Origin: Vicinamibacterales bacterium
Lineage (GTDB): Bacteria > Acidobacteriota > Vicinamibacteria > Vicinamibacterales > Fen-181
NCBI GenBank assembly: GCA_029974175.1
Contig: JARKSS010000007.1
Span: 1-39,762, forward strand
Direction of reading: 5' to 3'
DNA: 39,762 bases
In this document: piece by piece, positions 16,549 to 23,316 of the stretch
Position numbering within the stretch: position 1 is the stretch's first letter
Layout: every line of letters starts with the position of its first letter
Translations under genes and position numbers: made by a program
Notes under the pieces: generated by a model
Database searches by the model: none
The model's input: only the letters and a program-made list of their open reading frames with translations
Told to the model about the DNA's origin: nothing

Positions 16549-16787
16549 GCACTCTATATGCGTGTGTAATACTCATATTTCATTGCCGGGCAAAATGCCC
16601 GTAGACGCACCCGAAGACCATAGAGAAGTTGGACAACGGCATCGTCAACCAAACGATATTTGGCCGACGACTCTTCTTCTCCCTACCCCTCGAGGTGGCA
16701 CCCGATATAGACTGTGGGGGTTCGTGCCCCCGCCCTTGAACCCAGGACTCGCGACAGGCTCTTCCGCGAACACGACGAGGTGTCGGC

Positions 16788-17906
16788 ATGGCGAAGTACA
16801 GGATTGCCTGGCTGCCGGGCGACGGGATTGGCGTGGAGGTTCTCGAGGCCGCGAAGATTGTCCTCGACCGCATCAGCCTCGACGCCGAGTACCTCCACGG
16901 CGACATCGGGTGGGACTTCTGGTGCCGCGAGGGTGACGCGTTTCCGGCCCGCACCATCGAGCTGCTCCGGAACGTTGACGCGGCAATGTTCGGCGCCATC
17001 ACCTCGAAGCCGGCCAAGGCTGCAGAAGCCGAACTGGCGCCCGAACTAAAGGGCAAGGGTCTCAGCTACCGCTCGCCCATCGTGCGCATGCGGCAGCTGT
17101 TCGATCTCTACATCTGCCTCCGGCCGTGCAAGGCCTACCCGGGCAACCCGCTCAACTACAAGGAAGGCCTCGACCTCGTCGTCTTCCGCGAGAACACCGA
17201 GGACCTGTATGCGGGCGTCGAGTTCTCGCCGGTGCCCGAAGCGCTCGCCACCGCGCTCGCCTCGCTCTCGAAGCCGTTCGGCGCGTTCAAGGACCTTGCG
17301 CCCGGCGAGTGTGCCATTTCGTGCAAGATCAACACCCGCAAGGGATCCGAGCGCATCGTCCGCGCAGCCTTCGACTTCGCCCGGAAGTTCGGGCGCAAGA
17401 AGGTCACCCTCGTCCACAAGGCGAACGTCGTCCGCGCCAGCGACGGGCTCTTCCTCGAAACGGCCCGCCAGGTCGCCAAGGACTACCCCGAGATCGCCAC
17501 CGACGAGGCCAACATCGACGCCATGACGATGTGGCTGCTGAAGAACCCGTTCAACTACGACGTGCTGGTCGCGCCCAACCTGTACGGCGACATCGTTTCC
17601 GACCTGTGCGCGCAGATGGTGGGCGGCCTCGGGTTCGGCTGCTCCGGCAACATCGGCGACAAGCTCGCGGTGTTCGAGCCGACGCACGGCTCGGCGCCGA
17701 AGCACGCGGGGCTCTACAAGGCGAACCCGATTGCCACCATCCTCGCCGCGAAGATGATGCTCGACTGGCTCGGCGAAACGGCGAAGGCCACGGCGCTCGA
17801 GCAGGCCACCGCCGCCGTCATCGCCGAGGGCAACGTCCGCACCTACGACATGGGCGGCTCGAGCACGACGCTCGAGATGGCACAGGCGATCGCCGCAAAG
17901 CTCTAA
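16788..17906 (+). CDS. isocitrate/isopropylmalate dehydrogenase family enzyme, prokaryotic-IDH-like architecture, substrate uncertain
   Basis: ORF 16788..17906. LPGDGIGVEV, RSPIVRMRQLFDLYICLRP, FRENTEDLYAG, LVHKANV, NLYGDIVSD, HGSAPKHAG motifs. GAGG lies 7 nt upstream. Confidence 0.9.
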   Translation: MAKYRIAWLPGDGIGVEVLEAAKIVLDRISLDAEYLHGDIGWDFWCREGDAFPARTIELLRNVDAAMFGAITSKPAKAAEAELAPELKGKGLSYRSPIVRMRQLFDLYICLRPCKAYPGNPLNYKEGLDLVVFRENTEDLYAGVEFSPVPEALATALASLSKPFGAFKDLAPGECAISCKINTRKGSERIVRAAFDFARKFGRKKVTLVHKANVVRASDGLFLETARQVAKDYPEIATDEANIDAMTMWLLKNPFNYDVLVAPNLYGDIVSDLCAQMVGGLGFGCSGNIGDKLAVFEPTHGSAPKHAGLYKANPIATILAAKMMLDWLGETAKATALEQATAAVIAEGNVRTYDMGGSSTTLEMAQAIAAKL

Positions 17907-17926
17907 GACAAGCTCCAGGAGCCGCG

Positions 17927-18847
17927 ATGCCCGAGATCATCCTTCACGAGGTCGGCCTTCGGGACGGCCTGCAGATCGAGAAGGCCATCGTGCCGACGGC
18001 GCAGAAGATTGCCTGGGTGCAGGCGCTCGACGCGGCCGGCGTCGACATGGTGCAGGCCGGATCGTTCGTGCACCAGCAGAAGGTGCCGCAGATGGCCGAC
18101 ACCGACGACCTGTTCCGGCACTTCCAGGATCCGGCGAACCGCCCGGCGAAGGCCCGCCTCACCGCGCTCGTGCTGAACGAGAAGGGGCTCGATCGCGGTT
18201 TTGCGTGCGGCGTCACCTACTTCTGCATGGGCGTGTCGGCGAGCGACACCCACAGCCGCAAGAACACCGGCATGAGCACCGCCGAGGCCACCGAGCGCAT
18301 CATCGCGATGGGCCGGCGGGCGCTCGAGGCCGGTGCGGACGTCCAGGTCTCGGTGCAGTCGGCCTTCGGGTGCGGCTTCGAGGGGCCGATCCCCGAGGCG
18401 CGCGTGCTCGATCTCGCCCGCCGGTTCCATGACGCGGGACTGCGGCAGATCAGCCTGGCCGACACGGCGGGGCACGCCACGCCCGACCAGGTGGAGCGGC
18501 TGTTCACCGCGGTGCAGGCCATCGACCCGTCGATCGAGTGCGCCTGCCACCTGCACAACACGTACGGAATGGGGCTCGCCAACGCGTACGCCGCGCTGCG
18601 CGCCGGCGTGAAGTACTTCGAGGCGGCGTTCGGCGGCCTCGGCGGCTGCCCCTTCACGAAGATCACCGGCGGCAACGTCTGCACCGAGGATCTCGTGCAC
18701 ATGCTGCAGCGGATGGGATACCGGCCCGACGTGAAGCTCGACGCCCTGGTGGACCTCGCCCGGGCGGTTGGCGCCTTCCTCGGCCGCGACCTGACCGGCG
18801 CGCTCGTGAAGACCGGCCCCATCCCGCGCTTCGAAACCACAACGTAG
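17927..18847 (+). CDS. HMG-CoA-lyase-type (HMGL-like TIM barrel) acyl-CoA lyase, substrate uncertain
   Basis: Within ORF 17126..18847. ATG 17927, with AGGAG 5 nt upstream, gives MPEIILHEVGLRDGLQIEK...SFVHQQKVPQMAD...CHLHNTYGMGLAN...FGGLGGCPF. The RDG, HxH and GGCP motifs are of HMG-CoA-lyase type rather than LeuA type. Confidence 0.88.
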   Translation: MPEIILHEVGLRDGLQIEKAIVPTAQKIAWVQALDAAGVDMVQAGSFVHQQKVPQMADTDDLFRHFQDPANRPAKARLTALVLNEKGLDRGFACGVTYFCMGVSASDTHSRKNTGMSTAEATERIIAMGRRALEAGADVQVSVQSAFGCGFEGPIPEARVLDLARRFHDAGLRQISLADTAGHATPDQVERLFTAVQAIDPSIECACHLHNTYGMGLANAYAALRAGVKYFEAAFGGLGGCPFTKITGGNVCTEDLVHMLQRMGYRPDVKLDALVDLARAVGAFLGRDLTGALVKTGPIPRFETTT

Positions 18848-18960
18848 GGGCGGCGCTTGTGGCCGCCCCCGGCGCGACCCTCGTGGCCGCCCTGACGGCA
18901 GACAACGGACACCCGACATCGCAGGGGCGACCTTTGTGGTCGCCCTCGGGGGCCACCCCG
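18847..18960. repeat. cluster of three related GC-rich hairpins (REP-like) in the 127-nt intra-operon gap
   Basis: H1 18847-18869: GGGGCGGC-gcttgtg-GCCGCCCC. H2 about 18871-18892: imperfect. H3 18924-18946: (G)GGGCGACC-tttgt-GGTCGCCC. The shared core TGTGGYCGCCC occurs three times. Confidence 0.7.
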
Positions 18961-18974
18961 CACACGGAGATCAC

Positions 18975-20168
18975 ATGAAGCTCCTCGAAGGCATCCGGGT
19001 CGTGGACATGACCAACGTCCTGGCCGGCCCGTTCGCCACGCTCCACCTGGCGTTGGCCGGCGCCGAGGTGATCAAGATCGAAACCCCTGGATCCGGCGAC
19101 CTGGCCCGCAAGCTCGGGAACGTGCCCGAGCTGAGCCAGCAGCTGATGGGGACCTCCTTCCTGGCGCAGAACGCGAACAAGAAGTCGCTCACGCTGAACC
19201 TGAAGGAGGAGGCCGGCAAGGAAGTCTTCAGCCGGCTGCTCAAGACTGCCGACGTCCTGGTCGAGAACTTCCGGCCCGGCGTCGTGGCGCGCCTCGGCTT
19301 CCCGTGGGAACGGCTCCACGAGATGAACCCGCGGCTCATCTACTGCGCCATCTCGGGGTTCGGGCAGACGGGTCCCGACGCCGACAAGCCGGCCTACGAC
19401 CAGATCATCCAGGGGCTGAGCGGCGTGATGGCGATCAACGGCGACGAGCGGCTGAACCCGCTGCGCGCCGGCTTCCCGCTCTGCGACACGGTCGGCGGCC
19501 TCAACGCCGCCTTCGCCGTGATGGGCGCGCTCTTCTACCGCGAGCGCACCGGCCGCGGGCAGTTCATCGACGTCGCCATGCTCGACTCGATCATGCCGCT
19601 GCTCGGGTGGGTGGCCGCCAACTGGCTGATTGGCGGGAAGCCGCCGCAGCTGATGGGTAACGACAACATGACCGCCGCGCCGTCGGGCACCTTCCGCACG
19701 GCCGACGGGTACATCAACATCGCCGCCAACGAGCAGAAGCAGTGGGAGGCCCTCTGCGACGAGCTGGGGCTGCCCCAGCTGAAGACCGACGAGCGCTTCC
19801 AGAAGCGCGACGTGCGGAAGGCGAACCGGAAGGCGCTCACGCCGATCATCGAGGAGAAGCTCACCCAGAAGCCGACCGCCGAGTGGGTCGAGCGCCTCAA
19901 CGCGCGTGGCGTTCCCTCGGGCGCGATCCTCTCGCTCCAGGAGGCGCTCGCCCAGCCGCAGGTCGAGCACCGCCGCAGCATCCAGACGGTGAACGAGCCC
20001 GGGATCGGGCCGCTGAAGCTGTTCACGCTGACGGCGAAGTTCTCCGAGACGCCCGGCTGCATCGAGACGCCGCCGCCGCGCCTCGGGGCCCACACGACGG
20101 AGATCCTCCAGTCGCTTGGCTACTCGGACGCCGAGATCGACGCGCTGCGGGCGGCGAAGGTGGTGTAG
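18975..20168 (+). CDS. family III CoA-transferase (CaiB/BaiF/Frc type)
   Basis: Within ORF 18936..20168. ATG 18975 gives MKLLEGIRVVDMTNVLAGPFATLHLALAGAEVIKIE.P..GD. A catalytic-Asp-like context is present (PLCDTVGG). Confidence 0.9.
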   Translation: MKLLEGIRVVDMTNVLAGPFATLHLALAGAEVIKIETPGSGDLARKLGNVPELSQQLMGTSFLAQNANKKSLTLNLKEEAGKEVFSRLLKTADVLVENFRPGVVARLGFPWERLHEMNPRLIYCAISGFGQTGPDADKPAYDQIIQGLSGVMAINGDERLNPLRAGFPLCDTVGGLNAAFAVMGALFYRERTGRGQFIDVAMLDSIMPLLGWVAANWLIGGKPPQLMGNDNMTAAPSGTFRTADGYINIAANEQKQWEALCDELGLPQLKTDERFQKRDVRKANRKALTPIIEEKLTQKPTAEWVERLNARGVPSGAILSLQEALAQPQVEHRRSIQTVNEPGIGPLKLFTLTAKFSETPGCIETPPPRLGAHTTEILQSLGYSDAEIDALRAAKVV

Positions 20169-20200
20169 GCGGGGCACCGCGGTTCACGAAGGAGACACCC

Positions 20201-21481
20201 ATGGGCATGACCATCGTCCAGAAGATCCTGGCGCGGGCCGCCGGGCGCAGCGAGGTGGCGGTTGGCGAGGTGGTGGAACCGGCCGTCGATCTCGCGATGT
20301 CGCACGAGAACGGGGCGCTGGTGATGAACCAGTTCTTCGAGGTGTTCAAGGGCACGGGCCTCGAGCCGACGGTGTGGGACCCCTCGAAGATCGCCATCAT
20401 CCTCGATCACCGCGTCCCGGCCGAGAGCGCCAAGACGGCCACCAACCAGAAGAAGATCCGCGAGTTCGTCGCCAAGCAGGGCATCACGAAGTTCCACGAC
20501 ATCCGCGGCGACCAGGGGGGCATCTGCCACCAGATCCTCCCCGAGCACGGCTACACGCGCCCGGGCCAGGTCATCGTCGGCACCGACAGCCACACGACCA
20601 GTCACGGCGCGGTCGGCGCCTTCTCGTTCGGCATCGGCGCCACCGAGATGGCCGGCGTCTGGGCGCTCGGCCGGATCTTCAACGTCGAGGTGCCCGCCAC
20701 CATCAAGGTGGTGGTCAACGGCGTGCTGCCCGAGGGCGTCCTGCCGAAGGACCTGATCCTCCACCTGATCGGCTCGATTTCCGCCGAGGGCGCCAACTTC
20801 CAGGTGATCGAGTTCCACGGCCGCGGCGTCACCTCGATGCCGCTCTCGGGCCGGCTGACGATCTGCAACATGAGCGTCGAGGCGGGCGCCACCTCGGGCA
20901 TCGTCCCCGCCGACGCCGAGACCGAGCGGTACCTGCGCGAGGAGGCCGGCGTCACCGATCCACTCGACATGGTGGCCCCCGACGCCGACGCCGAGTACTC
21001 GCGCGTCATCGAGATCGACGCCGCGTCGCTCGCCCCGCAGATCGCCTGCCCGCACACGGTCGATCGCGTCAGGCCGGTGGACCAGGTGGCCGGCGTCAAA
21101 GTGCACCAGATCGTGATCGGCTCCTGCACCAACGGCCGCCTCGACGACCTCGAGGTGGCGGCCCGCATCCTCAAGGGGCGCCGCGTGGCCAACGGCGTGC
21201 GGATGCTGATCTTCCCCGCCTCCTGGCGGATCTACCGCGAGGCGCTGCGGCGGGGAATGCTGGCTGAACTCGTGGATGCCGGCGCGGTGGTGATGAACCC
21301 GGGCTGCGGCTGCTGCCTGGGCGTACACCAGGGGGCGCTCGGCGACGGCGAGGTGGCCCTCTCGACGACCAACCGCAACTTCAAGGGGCGCATGGGCAAC
21401 CCGAACGCCGAGGTCTACCTGTGCTCGCCGGCCGTGGCCGCGGCGAGCGCGCTCACCGGCGTCATCACGGATCCCCGGTAG
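20201..21481 (+). CDS. aconitase-family hydro-lyase large subunit, archaeal-type LeuC/HacA-like (about 426 aa)
   Basis: Within ORF 19742..21481. ATG 20201, preceded by AAGGAGA, gives MGMTIVQKILARAAG. Motifs GTDSHT, IGSCTNGR, PGCGCCLG (Fe-S Cys ligands) and NRNFKGRMG. Confidence 0.9.
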   Translation: MGMTIVQKILARAAGRSEVAVGEVVEPAVDLAMSHENGALVMNQFFEVFKGTGLEPTVWDPSKIAIILDHRVPAESAKTATNQKKIREFVAKQGITKFHDIRGDQGGICHQILPEHGYTRPGQVIVGTDSHTTSHGAVGAFSFGIGATEMAGVWALGRIFNVEVPATIKVVVNGVLPEGVLPKDLILHLIGSISAEGANFQVIEFHGRGVTSMPLSGRLTICNMSVEAGATSGIVPADAETERYLREEAGVTDPLDMVAPDADAEYSRVIEIDAASLAPQIACPHTVDRVRPVDQVAGVKVHQIVIGSCTNGRLDDLEVAARILKGRRVANGVRMLIFPASWRIYREALRRGMLAELVDAGAVVMNPGCGCCLGVHQGALGDGEVALSTTNRNFKGRMGNPNAEVYLCSPAVAAASALTGVITDPR

Positions 21482-21497
21482 AGGGAGGCGCAGCACC

Positions 21498-21995
21498 ATG
21501 GCACAAGTGGTCCTCACGCTTGCCGACGACATCTCGACCGACGTCATCTACCCCGGCCGCTTCATGGCGACCGTCCTGCCGTCGGAGACCCCGCAGTTCG
21601 CCTTCGCAGACTACGAGATCAACGCGCGCCTGAAGAGCGGCCAGATCGCGCCCGGCAGCGCGATCGTGGCCGGGGCCAACTTCGGCTGCGGCTCGTCGCG
21701 CGAGCAGGCCGCGTCGACGCTCAAGGGACACGAGCTGATCGTGGTGGCCAAGGGGTTCGCGCGGATCTTCCTGCAGAACTCCGCCAACCTCGGCCTGCGG
21801 ACGATCATCTGCCCCGACATCGAGGCCTCGGTGGGCGACGAACTCGAGTTCACGCCGGCCGAGGTCGTCAACAAGACGACCGGGAAGCGCTTCGAGATCG
21901 TGCCGCTGCCCAAGGCGCGCCAGGACATCATCGACGCGGGCGGCCTCATCGCCTACACCCGGAAGCGCCTGCTCGAAGCACGCGGCGCGGCGTAA
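21498..21995 (+). CDS. aconitase-family hydro-lyase small subunit, LeuD/HacB-like (165 aa)
   Basis: ORF 21498..21995. DDISTDVIYPGRF..., GANFGCGSSREQA, FARIF..N..N.GL motifs. Confidence 0.9.
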   Translation: MAQVVLTLADDISTDVIYPGRFMATVLPSETPQFAFADYEINARLKSGQIAPGSAIVAGANFGCGSSREQAASTLKGHELIVVAKGFARIFLQNSANLGLRTIICPDIEASVGDELEFTPAEVVNKTTGKRFEIVPLPKARQDIIDAGGLIAYTRKRLLEARGAA

Positions 21996-22021
21996 GGGGG
22001 GGCGGCGGCTACCCGCCCCCC
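21996..22021 (+). terminator. GC-rich stem-loop immediately after the leuD-like stop (no U-tract)
   Basis: GGGGGCGG (21998-22005) - cggctac - CCGCCCCC (22013-22020), extendable by G:C pairs. Similar GGGCGG/CCGCCC stems occur at 3719-3736 and 18847-18869. Confidence 0.4.
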
Positions 22022-22045
22022 GCCCTCCTGTGTCAAGATCGCCTC

Positions 22046-22501
22046 ATGCGCGACTTCGACCGGATCATGCTGACGTCGGAGGTCCAGGACCTCCCGGAGG
22101 AGGTCGGGCGCCTGTTCGAGGACCTCGACCGCACGGCGGCCGGGCGCCCGCAGCCGCCCGGCCACTGCACGCCGGCCCTCGACGTCATCGAGTGTGAGTC
22201 GAAGGTCGAGGTCGTCGTGGACCTGCCCGGCGTGGCGCCCGATCGCGTCCGCGTCCTGCTGAAGAACGGCCAGCTGCTGATCGTGGGCGAGAAGTGCTCG
22301 CCCTACGTCGGCGAGCAGCGGCATGCCCGCTTCCAGCTGGTCGAGCGGGGCTTCGGCCGCTTCGCGCGCGCCGTCACGCTGAACGGGGCGTTCGACGCCG
22401 CCGCCGCGCAAGCCACCTTCAGGAGCGGCGAGCTGCGCATCACGGTGCCCCGGATCGCCGAGCGGAGGGGGCAGGAGTTCCCGGTGGCGATCGGCGGGTG
22501 A
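22046..22501 (+). CDS. Hsp20/alpha-crystallin family protein (divergent)
   Basis: ORF 22046..22501. PALDVIECESKVEVVVDLPGVAPDRVRVLLKNGQLLIVGEK...FGRFARAVTL...ATFRSGELRITVPR. No obvious SD. Confidence 0.78.
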   Translation: MRDFDRIMLTSEVQDLPEEVGRLFEDLDRTAAGRPQPPGHCTPALDVIECESKVEVVVDLPGVAPDRVRVLLKNGQLLIVGEKCSPYVGEQRHARFQLVERGFGRFARAVTLNGAFDAAAAQATFRSGELRITVPRIAERRGQEFPVAIGG

Positions 22502-23316
22502 TGAACATCCTTTTCATCGGCGACATCTTCGGGCGCCCCGGCCGCGACCTCGTCCGCCGGGGCCTCAGCGTCCTGGTCGAGCGCTTCGAGGCCGATTTCG
22601 TCATCGCCAACGTCGAGAACGCCGCCGGCGGCTTCGGCATCACCCGCGAGGTGTGCGAGGCGGTTGCCGAATGCGGCGTGGACGTGATGACCACCGGCAA
22701 CCACGTCTGGGACAAGAAGGAGGCCCTCGACTACGTCGCCACCGAGGCGCGGCTGCTTCGGCCGGCGAACTACCCCGTGGGTGCCCCGGGCCGGGGGTCG
22801 CTGCTGGCCCGGACCACCGACGGGCGCGGTGTCGGCGTGATCAACCTGATGGGGCGCGTCTTCATGGCGGCCCTCGACGACCCGTTCGCCGTCGCGCTGC
22901 GCGAGCTGGAGTCGTTCGCCGGGCGCACCCGCGTCATCATCGTGGACTTCCACGCCGAGGCGACCTCCGAGAAAATGGCGATGGGCTGGCACCTGGACGG
23001 CAAGGTCACCGCCGTGATCGGGACACACACGCACGTGCAGACCGCCGACGAGCGGCTGCTGCCGGGGGGCACCGCCTACCTGACCGACGCGGGCATGACC
23101 GGGCCGCATGACTCGATCATCGGCAGCCAGGCCGAGGCGGTGCTCGCCCGCTTCCGCACCGGCCTCCCCTCGCGCTTCGAGCCGGCGACGGGCAACCCCC
23201 GCCTGCACGGCGCGCTCATCACGACGGACGAGGCCACCGGCCGTGCCACCGCGATTCGGCGCCTCGCCTTCTCGCTCGACGAGCTGGAGGCAATGCGCGC
23301 GGAAACCAGGGAATGA
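22501..23316 (+). CDS. YmdB-like (TIGR00282 family) metallophosphoesterase
   Basis: Within ORF 22294..23316. ATG 22501 overlaps the hsp20 stop (TGATG). MNILFIGDIFGRPGR...ANVENAAGGFGIT...TTGNHVWDKKE...DFHAEATSEK...GTHTHVQTADE. Confidence 0.88.
   Translation: MNILFIGDIFGRPGRDLVRRGLSVLVERFEADFVIANVENAAGGFGITREVCEAVAECGVDVMTTGNHVWDKKEALDYVATEARLLRPANYPVGAPGRGSLLARTTDGRGVGVINLMGRVFMAALDDPFAVALRELESFAGRTRVIIVDFHAEATSEKMAMGWHLDGKVTAVIGTHTHVQTADERLLPGGTAYLTDAGMTGPHDSIIGSQAEAVLARFRTGLPSRFEPATGNPRLHGALITTDEATGRATAIRRLAFSLDELEAMRAETRE

Noticed and set aside
16543-16585. CIRCE (HrcA) operator at the hsp20 promoter (AGCACTC next to the -35)
   Set aside because: Only one half-site matches the consensus TTAGCACTC-N9-GAGTGCTAA reasonably (CAAGCACTC, 7/9). 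The partner half is 5/9 at best, so it is not a convincing inverted repeat.
16733-16740. CCCTTGAA octamer identical to the E. coli sigma32 -35 core, 48 nt upstream of the operon ATG
   Set aside because: No CCCCAT-like -10 follows at 13-17 nt. A single 8-mer in 40 kb is not significant, and sigma32 consensus may not transfer to this phylum.
16562-16936. Leucine-rich leader peptide (TTLLLPTP) suggesting leu-type attenuation
   Set aside because: The frame has no nearby stop and runs into the dehydrogenase gene as a 124-aa ORF. It has only three Leu codons, no SD, and no terminator/antiterminator alternative structures.
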